A stretch of 64,000 nt of DNA from Camelus dromedarius (taxonomy: Eukaryota), in contig NC_087472.1 in assembly GCF_036321535.1 (NCBI RefSeq), positions 96,412,001 to 96,476,000 on the forward strand. Direction: 5' to 3'. The notes under the pieces are model-generated. The model had not been told where the DNA came from. It searched no databases and was given only the letters and a program-made list of their open reading frames with translations. Within the stretch, counting starts at the first letter, position 1. The number at the start of each line of letters is the position of its first letter. Positions 26,285-39,581 of the stretch are shown here, in pieces. The translations under genes were made by a program, and so were the position numbers.

Positions 26285-26780
26285 CAGTGGTTCTCAACAC
26301 TGGCTGCTGCACGTATATTGGAATCAATTGGGGAGCTTTATTTTTTTAATTCTATGTTTCAGGTGTACAAGATAGTTATTCACAATTTTAAAGGTTATAC
26401 TCCACTTACAGTTATTATAAAACATTGGCTATATTCCCTGTGATGTACGATATATCCTTGTAGCTTATTTATTTTATACATAGTAGTTTGTACCTCTTAA
26501 TTCCCTACCCCTCTCTTGCCCCTCCCACTTTCCTCTCCCCACTGGTAACCACTGTTTTTTTCTCCTGTGAGTCTGTTTCTGCTTTGTTATATTCTGTTAT
26601 GTTATATATAATTGTTATATTTGAGTTTGTTTTATTTTTTAAGTTCCACATATAACTGGGGAGCTTTAAAAGCTGCTAATGCCCCAGCCACCTCCAGAGA
26701 TCCTGATTTAATCGATCCAGTGTTTGGCTTCCGAGTCATGGACTTTTTTAAAGCTCCCCAAATGATGCTAATGTGCAGCA
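26285..26780. mobile_element. MER5-like DNA transposon split by an antisense L1 3' fragment (26341-26653)
   Basis: 15-bp TSD aa(t/c)tggggagcttta at 26326-26340 and 26654-26668. Confidence 0.8.
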
Positions 26781-27143
26781 GGATTATTCTATTACGCAGC
26801 AATAGAATCCCGTAACTGCCATTTGACATTCTCTTTACTCGCCAGGCTGACCTTTTTGTTTTTAGTCAGTGATTTTTGTGTATGGTTTTTGGGACATTTA
26901 GAGATTGTCTAAATCATAAATTTTCATCAGTTATGGGTGAGAATAAATTTCATGGTTTTCCAAAATAAATTTACTTAAATACTTTAGGCTTGCTTAATGT
27001 TTCTGATTAGGAAAGACCGAACATGGGAATAGAAGTTTCGTATTAAAGCAAATCAATAGACACCATGAGACAGAAAAATGTTCAATGAATACCTCTCTAG
27101 ACATCTCAGAGGGTAAGTTTCAGGGCTATTAAAGACAGGGACT

Positions 27144-27144
27144 G

Positions 27145-27175
<31 letters not shown>

Positions 27176-27190
27176 TACACACACACACAC
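27144..27190. repeat. (CT)n(CA)n compound microsatellite
   Basis: Direct inspection. Confidence 0.9.
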
Positions 27191-28099
27191 TAATAATTGA
27201 TTTCTTTTGGTCAAATTTATTCCCAAATATCAGAAATGGGGGCTATTCCATTCACTTAAAAATCGGTAACACCTCCTCTCTCTCAAGCCCAAATGCTAGG
27301 ATATTACCAGTGCCACAAAACCCAAATTGATCAGGGAATTTATATTCATCACCTTTCTACAACACAAAGTTCGGGATTTTCGTCTTGCAGCAGAGAATCA
27401 CACGATGTAGAAAAATAATTCCAACTGGTCACGGGGTAAGAACAGTGAAGACCTCAACAGAACATTCGATCCATATTGCAGGACCTCAAGAGTTACCCAG
27501 GAAGAGAAGGAAGCAGAATTCTCTATTTCCTATTGCTCTGACAAATTCAGTTCCCATCAAACTGAAGGTTCATATGCCCCCAACTTAGACTGAACATGTG
27601 CAAATGCTGTGGCATCAAGTGCTGTAGAGAACTGTTGGCTCCACTTGGAGCTACTGTGTTCCACTGAGACCAGGAACAGATCTCCCTGTGGCTGGTTGCC
27701 TCACACTAGGATCTGTTCCTTCCTTGCACAGTAAGTCGGATTTCCTCGTTACTTAGGTTGGAAAGCCTCTAGATTCCATGCATCCAGAGTGCAAGATACC
27801 CAGGAATGTCAGAACAGGTTGGAAGAAAGTCAGTTGGAAAAATCCCTCACTTCAGCAAAATATAGGAATTGGCTGATGAGGGAGAAAAACCAACACTTAA
27901 AGAATTTCTAAATGCCCATTGTGGTAACAAATAGCTATTTGTTAAATTTCTCTTTTTTCCCCACCCCAACTTGCAGCCTTTGCAGGATCCCTCTTAAATG
28001 CTATTTTGAATTCTCCATAACCATTGATAATTAAAAGTTATAGTGTTCCTTTGGATAGACTGAGCCCCATCATAGCACTATCCAAATAGGATTATGCTA

Positions 28100-29400
28100 G
28101 TTTCCAAGGTACAAGAAACATTATTTTTATATTTCTTTTTTGAATTAACTTACTAGGAAATAATTTCAAATTTACAAAGTTGTAAAAAAATAAGAACTGT
28201 ACAAAGAACCCTGTATATCCTTTGCCCAGATTCACCCATTTTCCACCCCCTCCATCTTTGCAAATTTTATACATCATGGCCCTTGAACTCTAAATATTTC
28301 AGTGTACTTCCTAAGAATAGAGATAGTCTCTTACATAACCACATGACAGTCACAGATGGACTGGATGCCAGACATTGGGTCCATTGTTAAGTTCTGGATT
28401 TTTAAAAAGTAATTTTTGTAATATTCTGTAATTTTGGTAAATAATTTTGAGCTTTCCTCTGGGATGCAGTTAAGTTACTTGGAAATAATTTGATTTTTTC
28501 AAGTCTTGCCTTTCAGCTTGGTTAGGCTGAATTAGACCAAAGCAGCCTTTCATCTAGGCCTAGCTTGATCCCACTACTGAGATAATACCCTTCTAAACAT
28601 TCTACTGAATGCCCATAAATTACAAGTGTTCTTCAGTCTGGCTATTGGGAAGATGAACTATTTCCAACTCTGCGTGATCTTCAAGACGTTTCCCACCTGA
28701 TATGTTTGTGAGATTATTTCCCTGGTGTCGAGTAATTTCCTTAAACAAGGTGAAACCTATAATTGCCTATGTTTATTGCCTGGAATGAGTTTTCAAGCCT
28801 CAGTGCAGGAAGGGGAAACCCAAACCAAACTTCAAGTCTTCCTGAAATGAGGAGACATAGTTGAGAATTTGGAGAGGCCAAGGCGGCTAGGATTCCCAGG
28901 GCAGGGGACCAGAGAGGTGAGTGTTGCATGGAGATTGAACTCTGGAGGTCTGCAGAGGGCTTCCCTCAAATCGTCAGCTACATGATGTCCATCCTTCCTT
29001 CACTGATGGAAATATCCTATCTGTCAAAACTTCCCCTAAATTTAGTATCCATTAAGGATCCTTGCCTGATACAGGCTTTATTATGATGGTTACAAAATGA
29101 TAATCTTCCAACTCCTTCCATATTGACCAGTAAGCCCTTCGTATAAGCAAAAGCCCACCACGCTTCTCCCTCATTTATCCATTTATCTACCCGTTTTTTC
29201 CACTGGCCTATAAATCAGTACTGTAATTAATTATTTTGGTGCTCAAATTGTCTAAGATGTGGCCAGCAGAAGCCCGTTGAAGCTGGCTCCTCTGTACTTG
29301 TGGCACGTCCTTATCATTTTTCTGATTACTTCTTTACTTCCTGACATATCATGATACTCCATGCACATCTTGAATGGATCTTTCTCCTTCCCTGAAATCT
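28100..29400 (-). mobile_element. Ancient L1M remnants, antisense
   Basis: ttcaaatttacaaagttgt...acaaagaaccctgtatatcctttgcccagattcaccc L1MC/ME-type 3' motif. Confidence 0.55.
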
Positions 29401-29502
29401 GACTGTGAAATGAACCTCTGACGCACACAACTGGCTTTATTCAAGATCTTAATCAAGAAGAAAAGAGAAAATTCTCTCAGACAATTATGTCATTTAAACT
29501 TG

Positions 29503-32285
29503 AAGAAAATTACAGGCCAATTATCTTTGATGAAAATAGATACAAAATTCCTCAACAAAATATTACCAAACTGCATCCAACAACACATAAAAAAGATCAC
29601 ACACCACGACCAAGATGGATTCATCCCAGGGTCACAAGGATGATTCAATATACGCAAATCAACCAATGTAATACACCATATCAACAAAAGAAAAGACAAA
29701 AAACCCATGATCATCTCAATAGATGCAGAAAAAGCATTTAATAAAATTCAACATCCATTCATGATAAAAACTCTTATCAAAGTGGGTATAGAGGGAACAT
29801 ATCTCAATATAATAAAAGCTACCTATGACAAGCCCACAGCCAGCATAGTGCTCAATAGCGAAAGGCTGAAAGCCTTCCTGCTAAATTCGAGAACAAGACA
29901 AGGCTGCCCACTCTCACCACTCCTATTCAACAGAGTATTGGGAGTCCTAGCCACAGCAATCAGACCAGAAAAAGAAATAAAAGGGAACCAAATTGGAAGG
30001 GAAGAGGTAAAATTGTCACCATATGTAGATGACATGATACTTTACGTAGAAAACCCTAAGGACTCTGCACAAAACCCACTAGAACTGATAAACGAATTCA
30101 GCAAGGTAGCAAGTTACAAGATTAACATACAGAAATCTGTTGCATTTCTTTATACTAACAATGAAATATCAGAAAAGAGAGTTAAAAGAGCAATCCCTTT
30201 TAAAATCACATCAAAAAAAAAAATACTTAGGAATAAACCTGACCAAGGAGGTGAAAGAATTATACTCTGAGAACTATAAAACATTGATAAAGGAAATTAA
30301 AGATGATTTAAAGAAATGAAAAGATATTCCATGCTCTTGGATTGAAAAAATTAATATTGTTAAAATGGCCAGAGCAATTTACAGATTTAATGTGATCCTT
30401 ATCAAATCACCCATGACATTTTTCATAGAACTAGAACAAATAACCCTAAAAATGTATATGGATTCACAAAAGACCCAGAATTGCCAAAGCATACTTAGGA
30501 AAAAGAATGAAGCTGGAGGAATAACATCCCCCAACCCTCGCCCACCAGACTTCAGACAATACTACAGAGCTACAGTAATCAAAACTAGATGGTACTGGCA
30601 CAAAAACAGACATATGGATCAATGGAACAGAATAGAGAGCCTAGAAATAAGCCCACACACCTCCAGCCAATTAATCCTCAACAAAGGAGGCAAGAATATA
30701 CAATGGAAAAAAGACAGTCTCTTCAGCAAGTGGTGTTGGAAAAGCTGGGCAGCTTCACATAAATCAATGAAACTAGAACACTCCTTCATACCATATACAA
30801 AAATAAACTCAGAATGGCTTAAAGTCTTAAACATAAGACAGGACACCATAAATATCCTAAAAGAGAACATAGGCAAAAGATTCTCTGACATAAATTGTAG
30901 CAAGGTTTTCCTAGGTCCGTCTTCCAAGGCAATAGAAATAAAAGCAAAAATAAACAAATGGGACCTAGTCAAACTTACAAGCTTTTTAGAAAATTTTCCA
31001 GTTATTTGTTACTATGTCCCTTTTTTACTGAAGTATAGTCAATCTACAGTGTTGTGTTAATTTCTAGTGTACAGCATAGTGATTCAGTCATACATATATT
31101 ATATTTCTTTTTATACTTTTTTCATTATAGGCTATTACAAGGTATTGAATACAGTTCCCTGTGCTATACAGTAGAACCTTGTTGTCAAATTTATAAGCTT
31201 TTGCACAGCAGAGGAAGCCATAAACAAAATGAAAAGACAGCCTATGGATAGGGAGAAAAGATTTGCAAATGATGTGACAGACAAGGGCTTAATTTCCAGA
31301 ATATACAAACAGCTTGTACAATTCAATAATAAAAAACAAACAACCTCTAAAAATGGGCAAAAGACCTAAATAAACACTTCTCCAAAGAAGACACAGATGA
31401 CCAACAGGCACATGAAAAGATGCTCAATATCACTAATTATAAGAGAAACGCAAATCAAAACTACAATGAGGTATCACCTCACTCTGGTCAGAATGGCTAT
31501 CATTTAAAAGTCCACAAATGATAAATGCTGGAGAGGGTGTGGAGAAAAGGGAACCCTCCTACACTATTGGTGGGAATGTAATTTGGTGCAGCCACTATGG
31601 AAAATAGTATAGACATTCTTTAAAAAAATAAAAATAGAGTTACCTTATGATCCAGCAATCCCACTCCCTGGCATATATCCGGAGGAAACTTTAATTTGAA
31701 AGGATACACACACCCTAATGTTCATAGCAGCACTGTTTACAATAGCCAAGACATGGAAGCACCTAAATGTCCATTGACAGATGACTGGATAAAGAAGACG
31801 TGGTACAATACAATGGAATATTACTCAGCCATAAAAAGAATGAAATACCATTTGCAACAACATGGATGGACCTGGAAATTATCATACTAAGTAAAGTGAA
31901 TCAGACAGAGAAAGACAAATATCATATAATATCACATACACATGGAATCTTAAAAAAAATGACACAAATGAACTTATGTACAAAACAGAAACAGACTCAC
32001 AGACATAGAAAACAAACTTGTGGTTACCAGCAGGTAAAGGAGGTGGGGTGGGATAAATTGGGAATTTGAGATTTGCAGATACTACCTACTGTATATAAAA
32101 TAGATAAACAAAAAGTTTATACTGTATAGCACAGGGAACTATATTCAATATTTTATAATACCCTATAATGAAAAAGAACATGAAAAGGAATATATATATG
32201 TATAACTGAATCACTATATGCAATATATCAGAAACAAACACAACACTGTAAATTGACTACACTTCAATAAAAAAATAAATAAATA
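29503..32285 (+). mobile_element. 5'-truncated LINE-1 (RT to poly-A), older subfamily
   Basis: ORFs 29707..30270 and 30365..31060 are RT/ORF2 pieces; multiple frameshifts; 3'UTR and aataaa/A-tail at ~32266-32285. Confidence 0.93.
30987..31183 (-). mobile_element. Short antisense L1 3'UTR insertion nested in L1, with extra 3' segment
   Basis: TSD gtcaaa(c/t)tta(c/t)aagctttt at 30968-30986 and 31184-31202. Confidence 0.85.
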
Positions 32286-35200
32286 AGACAAACGTGTGTA
32301 CCATACTACCAATTAGGTAGCATGATAATTTATGAAGGCACTATATATAACACTACCTACAAACCTACTAAAATAGAGAATATTTGGAACATAAATTGAG
32401 TTATACTCTCTTCTACCCATAAAAGTTACTTACAAATTAGTTATTTCACATATGGTCAATTTATATATCATTCTGGATCACAGAAGTTTCATTACATTTA
32501 TTTTGCATAGCATTTTATAAGCATCAGCTGTGTTAGACAGCATGAATAACCCAATTTCTTCATCTTTCCCACTATCCTATGTGACTTTAAGATCTTTCCA
32601 TCAAAAGGTGGGGTATATATAAGCCCACTCCTTAAGTTTCAGTTCATCCACATGATTTGCTTTGACACACACAGGAGAGGTTTGTAAAAGTGCTTCCACA
32701 ATGGAACTTGTTCTCTAGCACCTGTGCCATTTCCATCAAAAGGCTATGTCTGGGTTAATCACCCTTGTCCAGCCCTGCTGGGATCATTCAGGTCCCAGGC
32801 ATGTTGAGTCCAGCCAAGATCAGCAGAGTTGCACAGGAAGCCCAGCCTAGATTAGCTAAAACTTGTAGATCTATGAAAAATAAGTATTTATTGTCATATA
32901 CCACAGAGGTTTGTGATTATTTGTAATGAGGCAAATGTTAATACACTAGCTAATATAATTCTCAACTATCCCTCACTAGATAGGTAGAATGGATATCGTT
33001 GTCCTCTCTTTACAGATGTGGAAGTGAGACTCATAGAAGTCATGTGATTTGATCATGGTCATATAGCAAGTAGGTGGGAGCACAATAACAGTATTTCAGA
33101 AACTAGGTTTTCAGAGTTGGATTCCAGGACTCTTTCCACTGCATCTCTTAGTAAAGCTGCCTTGAAGAGTGGAATTTAAGGGCATTCCTTTGGAGTCATG
33201 TGCTCAGTCACAGGTCCTAAGACAAATGGTCACTGGGCTGCACTATTCAGCTGGGCCACCTAAGACTACAGCTGCTTTCCCCTTCCTGCCTGGAAACCAC
33301 CAAACTTGGGGCAGAGAGCAGAGCGGCATGTGTCATTATAATTGGTCATAGTAGTAAACAGTTTATTTTCTGTTCCCGAAGCCATAACCGTTTGAGTTCA
33401 GCTCACACCTTACTGCAAATTGAAATGCATATCCACGTTCTTTTGAGTAAAGAACTACCCACTTCATTTTAAAACAACCAAACAAAGTAAGAATTACAGG
33501 ATTGTAATTAAAGCCTAGAGTTGGATAAAGCAGGGTCATTACTTTTTCTTACTTCTTCCTACAGGGGAAGATCATTAAGAAGAAATTTGAGGGTTTTTGT
33601 ACCACCATGAAAGAACTAAGATTTTCTTTCACTTAGAAAATATCAATAATCACACTAGTTCAAAATCAACAAATTGGCCAGATCATATTAATCACTGGGA
33701 TACTTATTAAATTACAGAATGCTAGACCCTACCACTTAATAATACTTAACATTAAGACCTACTTAATAATAACACCCAGGGGAGGAACCTGGGCGTTTTT
33801 ATTTTTGAGAAGCAATCAGGTATTCTTATGCTCAGCCAAGTTTGCATTTAGCTGATGTAGAGGGGAAGAAGATTTATAAGTTGTGTTTTTTTTTAATGGT
33901 TAGTTCTAGTTCTGATGCTTTAAGAAAATCATTCCTCTTCCCTGGATCTCGGTGTTCTCATTTGTAAAACTGGGCCATTGGACCAGATGCTGTCTGGAAG
34001 AGGCAAATAGAGCTAGTAGAAGAGACTGAAGCCTTAAAGTATTGGTTCTCAATCCTGGTTGCACATCAGAAACCTCTGGGAAGCTTTTCAAAGTGAAGGA
34101 TGCCCAGGCACCACCCAGAGCAATGGAACAGAACGTCTCAGGGCGGTTCCACGTGTTGCTTCTTTTCAAATTTCCACAAGTGACTTTAATGAACAGCCAC
34201 GGGTGTGAACCTCTGCTCTAAAGGCTGACTCCAACCGTCGCCAGACAGGATGATCCTGATTAGTCTCCCAGTACCTACTTCCTTGTCTGTAAACCGGGAA
34301 GTGTATCACCTGTCTTACATGGCACCTACTTATGGAGCGACTAGTGTGATGATTCTGCATTAGATCACCTGCTATAACTCAGGAAGACAGCTCTCAGATT
34401 AATGAAAGAAATTCCAAACACTCCTCACCGCCAATGCTGACATCACTAGCCAGAACAAGCAGAGCAAGTGGACACTTTTGTGATGGGGAGACACGTGTGC
34501 AGGGATTGGGGGAAACAAACTGAAGAGATCTCTCTGAGAAAGCAGTTCTTTCTAAAATGAATTCTAGGACGGTTTTCGTCAGCCCTTAGTGTTACGTCTG
34601 CGGCTTCCCAAAGAAAACGCACCTGGCGATGGGTGCATTGGGCAGGCAGAAGAGGCGGTAACGGGGACCTGTGCTGATCCTGAATTACCCGTTCCGAATG
34701 GACATTTGATCTCCACATTCTTTACTCATCAACAGGCCCTTGAGGGCTCAGAAAAGCAGAAAAACTATGAAAGGAAACAGCTGGGAAGTGGCACCTGGCT
34801 TTCAGGGTTTAGGGAGGCAAAGACTGTTCTTGAACAGCTGGATTGAATGTTTTAACTCCCTTCACGATTTTATTGTGCACAGTATCCCAAAGGGAACTTG
34901 TTTTTTTGGTCATAGGCTGTGAGTCCCGCAGGCTGGCTCAGCTCGTCCCACCCATCCACGTGGCACACCCACAGTGGTCTCTTCGTGGGTGGTGACTCTT
35001 CCTCCCCTCCACGACAAAGTTGTTAGGTACGTGAAATATGTGTTCTTGGCCCAAGTCTCTTGTGTACCCTCAGTAGGATTAATTTTCTCACCTCCCTCAG
35101 ACACCCTATGCTTTTTCTCCTCCCACCTCACCCCCTAAAAAAAAACCCAAACAAGTTCTCAGGAATGATCTGAAGTTCATCTACTATTTTAGGAAGTTCA

Positions 35201-36024
35201 AAGATCTTCTGAAACCCATCCATGGTTCTCCTCGTTAAAAACTCTGACTCAAAAGTTCAAGTATGAAGCCAAGACAGAGGTGTTTTTTGAGCCGAGAACA
35301 CTGTTTCACTGCCAAAGGAACAAGTTTGGGTAGCAGATCAGGACTTGGGTTTGGACATGTTAAATTTAAAATTCCGATTAGGCATCCAGGTAGAGATTCT
35401 GAATAGGAAGTTTGATGTTATGAATCTATACATCAGGGGAGAGGTTCAGGCTGGAGACATAAATTGAAAAACGTGTATTGAAGGTATGTAAAGCCATGGG
35501 ACTAGCTGAAGTCACTGAAGGTTTGACTGTTAACAGAGAAAAGTAGGGGAAGGAGTGAGTCCAGGGACCCTCTGACATTAAGAAAACAAGACAAAGTGCA
35601 GAGAACATACCCTGAAAAGCAAATACTGAATGAAGATCAAAGAAAATTACTGAAATGAGCAAAAATTCTCAATTAGTGAATAAAACTAGAACATTTGGAA
35701 ATGGTTAGTGACTATTATCAAGCAGATGAATTAAAAAAAAATCTCTGCTACTTTACTTTTGAAAATCTCCTGTCTAAAGATTGAATATTTTTGTTTGCAA
35801 CTCTCCTACTGGCCAGAGACTATTCATCAGGTCCAATGGAAAATTTAGAGCATGAGCAAGATAATTCAGGGCCAATCTTAACAGTAATTGCAGCAAAAAA
35901 CCAAAAACACTGAAAAGTCACATCTAATCATTTCAGCTGTCCTAGAAATTAAGGTGTGAAGTGTTTCATAGTTGTGGATTACTGCTTCATTTCTCCAAAC
36001 CTAGTTATTTTGTGATACCATGGG

Positions 36025-36214
36025 GTGGTGGTTCTTAGCTGGGGATAATTTTGACCCCCAGGAACATTTAGCCATATCAGCAGACATGTTTGGTTTTAAC
36101 TGGGACAGGGCTGCTACTGGCGTCTAGTGGAGGCCAGGGATGTAATTAAACACCCTACATTGCACAGGTCAGCCCCCCATAACAATGTGAACAAGCAGAG
36201 GCTGAGAAACCCTG
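36025..36214 (+). mobile_element. MER20 hAT fossil
   Basis: gtggttcttagctggggataattttgacccccagg...gaggccagggatg...ggctgagaaaccctg. Confidence 0.75.
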
Positions 36215-36745
36215 ACTCGGGGTATGACTATCTCAGGGAGTAGCATGAAAGTTTTAACAGAGCCATAAAACCGGGAAAACATTCAATTTCACTTAGTTTT
36301 CAGTGAAATGGTAAAAAAGATGTGCAAGTGAAAGAAAGGGAAGGCTGAGATAGAGTTCAGGAAAAGGAAAAGGGGGAAAGAGGAAAAGAAATATGTACTG
36401 CAACACTAGGAGGCTCTGAGAAGTTCTTAGATTCAATAAACAGCTAGTAGATGTGGCAGCAAAGAATGACGTAGCAGGCTGTGGGAGTGACCTTCGCTCA
36501 CAACACTCTCACAGCTACTATGTTCACTGGGATTGCTTTACTGAATCTGGGCCCTGATCATGGGATGAAAGCAATAAGTCCCACCACCAGTGATGGAGCA
36601 TTAATCCGAGATAAGATCAGCAAATAGTGGCTTTAGACTTCCCTAATCTTTGATCCCTGTAGTTCTAAGACTCTGGCAGTTCCCTCTAATTAGCTGCAGC
36701 AGGGGACAGGTGGTGAAAACCTAGACCAACACCTCAGGGTAGAAA

Positions 36746-37665
36746 CAAACCAGTTTACTATTGTAAATTAAGGTAAATGACCTTGCAGTTCATTCAGTTC
36801 TCTTCCTCCTCTAGCATATCTTAATCTGGCTGTGAGTTTTCTCAGCTTGTGCATCTATGTCGACCTGCTGTGCAGGAGGGCAGCAGTCGGAGTCCTCATC
36901 ATCAGCCAATGGGCTCGTTAATGTGCTTGGAAGGTTCCAAGGACAGTGTGCACTGAGAGTAATTTTTAAAAACCCTCATCGTGTGCAAAGACCAGGCAAT
37001 TAGGGAGCTCAGTGCAGCGGAAGGCGGGGCCATGATAAGCACCACCAGGCCAACTAGAGCTCTCCGGAAAGCACCCACAGCCAGGATCAGAGCCTCGTCC
37101 AGCGCGCCTGTGGCCAGACGGCCTTGGGGGCCCCCCCTGTGGAGAGCAGGAGTGGGCCACACCCTCCATTGTGGCCCTGTGGGCTTTAACAGCTGACAAA
37201 ACACTCACATGAAACTGCCCATCTCACTTGGACAGCGCAGTTTGACTTCTCCATAGGCCTAGATATATTCCACGGCTCGTTTCTCTACACCGTCAAGCAG
37301 GAGTGGCCCACCTCTCCCGCTCGGCTTCAGTCACAGGTGTAGCGGATGACGCCAGCGCCCTGCCCATCTCCCGGCGGTATCTCCACCCGGGACATGCGGA
37401 CAGACTGTCCCGGCAAGCACTCACGACACCCTCTAGGAGGGCGTTCCAGGCCACATCAGCACGAGTGGCTCTCGTATGTGGCAACCCAGACTGACAGGGA
37501 ACAATGCCCTCGGGACTGTCCTCAGCCAACGACAGAGGAGTGGATGGATCAATACCCCAGCTCCCTTGCCTCTAGGGTGGACCCCCTGAGGCTGGTTCTG
37601 CGCTGTCCCCCGGAGCTCCCCGGCAGGGCAGTGTGCACCGCAGTCTTCTGCTCAGGAATGTGCCT
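36746..37665. repeat. Right arm of palindrome (portion verifiable against the window; probably extends further right)
   Basis: Reverse complement of 1-920. Confidence 0.97.
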
Positions 37666-37801
37666 TTTGTTGCCTTCTTTCCCACCCCTGACTCAGCTGC
37701 CCTTTCCCTGAGCACTGTCTCTTGGGATCAGCTCCCAAAGAAACTCCTTGCCCTCGAATCCTCTTGTCAGGGTTTACTTCCGGGGAGCCCAACCCAAGAC
37801 A
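37338..37801 (+). mobile_element. ERVL solo LTR (LTR16C-like), CpG-rich; mirrored partly at 1-328
   Basis: tgtagcggatg... start and ...ggggagcccaacccaagaca end. Confidence 0.7.
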
Positions 37802-37943
37802 CAGTCAACACAACAAGTGAACTACGAGTCCCTCCCGCGACACAGTGGGCAGATACACCTTTCTCCTGAGTGAGGGGGACCCGGGGACGTCAGCTTAGGG
37901 GCTGCAGCTGGATGTCACTCGTGGCTTACAGAGCAGCGTAGCT

Positions 37944-38149
37944 GAGTGGCTCCTAACCAGGGGGCCGATGTTGCCCCCTGAGGCATACTGGGCAGTATCT
38001 GGAGCCATGCTTGGTTATCACAACTGGGATGAGTGCCTTGGCAGCTAGTGGGTAAGGCCAGGGCGCTGCTAAAATCCTACAGTGCACAGGAAAGTCCCCC
38101 GCCGCCCACACAACACATGTCACCAGCGCCAAGGCTCAGACACCCCGGG
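37944..38149 (+). mobile_element. MER20 hAT fossil (GC-shifted)
   Basis: Homologous to the 36025-36214 copy. Confidence 0.7.
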
Positions 38150-38679
38150 ACAGTATATACAGCGCCACGGTCAGCAGACCTGGCTCTGGGTCCTTTTCTC
38201 ATCTCTAAAAAGGGGATAAAATAGTTACTTCACACGAGCCTGGAGCTGAAGTAACTAGAACATGGGGTCAATCTTTCCTTCATTCTTGTACCAGCCTGCT
38301 GCCAAGTAATGACCAAGTTGGTGACCAGACAAAGACGGACAAGACAGCGTGTCTGCCTTCAGGGAATCCAGCGGCTGGGTGTGGAGAATGGCGCCAACAC
38401 TCGATCCCTCTCCAGGGTGAAGCCTGGCCCTGATGAGGCATATGGCATGTGTGCTCTGGCAGAATAGCAGAGAGAAGCAGTGAGCTTGCTGGAAGTCAGG
38501 AAGGGACTTCTGAGGTGACAGGTGGAGACTGGCACGTGACGAAGCAGAGAGGGCACAGAGCCTGGAGGGTGGGCCTGTCTGTGGCGTGGTGACTATGCTC
38601 AGAGCACAGAAAGCGTGGGAAAGACAGGAGAGAGATGAGGTAGGAAGGAGGCAGCACCAGGTGCTGAGGGGCCCGTCTG

Positions 38680-38810
38680 CAGAGCTGGGACAAGGTGAGG
38701 CAAACGAGGCACCCAGGGCCTGACCCTGATGGGACCTGCCCATCCCGAGAGGGAGTGTCTCCTTCAGCCTTGTGCCCTAGGCCCCGGGTGCCTCACCCTT
38801 GTCCCAGCCC
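38680..38810. mobile_element. MER96-like hAT MITE
   Basis: Terminal inverted repeats gagctgggacaaggtgaggc ... gcctcacccttgtcccagccc. Confidence 0.6.
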
Positions 38811-39375
38811 ACCTCCGTCATCATGCTGAGAAGCTAGGGGGTCTAGTCTGCAGGCCAGGAGCAGCCAGCAGAAGTCTTGGACTTCCTTACTTTTGAGGAG
38901 GATAACCTGACTCAAACACGGGTCCAGCGGGCCTCTTCTCCTCCAACAGAGTCTAGTTCAGATCCACAAGAAAGCAGAGCTTTCCCTTTTTAATTGGCTT
39001 CCCCACCTACATGGAATCCCGGTATAGACATCCTTTTCCAGACCCAACACACAGCAAATTCCTGAGGACAGAAGGAGAAGGGGATCACGGTTGGTGAGAA
39101 GCCTGCAAGTCTGGCAGGCAGTTAAGTTCATCTATGCAGGTTGGAAGAATAAGGCAGTGCTTTGAGTGAGGGACAGAGCTCATGTTCACCTCATTAATTT
39201 GGGCTTTATTAACATTGGCTATTTGGATTACTGGACAGCAAAATATGGTTTAACTATCCAGTTTTACATTTAGCCTAAATCTGGGTATGTGGAGGGGAAA
39301 AAAGATAGACAGAGGATGCTTAAAAGAGTTAAGACACTAAACTGATTTCAGGCCCCCTTGAGGCATCCACAGGTC

Positions 39376-39581
39376 CACTGGCCTTCCTTATCCACGGGTT
39401 CCACATGCGCGGTTTCTACCCTCCCCAGATCGAATATTACGGAATCTGCGGATGGAGAACAGGGGCATGAGGGTACCGAGGGCCTACTGTAAGGGACTTG
39501 AGCATCCTTGGATTTTAGTATCCACTGGAGGGGGCGGAGGGGCCCAGGAATCAGTTCCCCATCGATACTGAGGGATGACTG
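39376..39581 (-). mobile_element. MER2-like Tigger MITE
   Basis: gggacttgagcatccttggattttagtatcc...gatactgagggatgactg. Confidence 0.7.
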
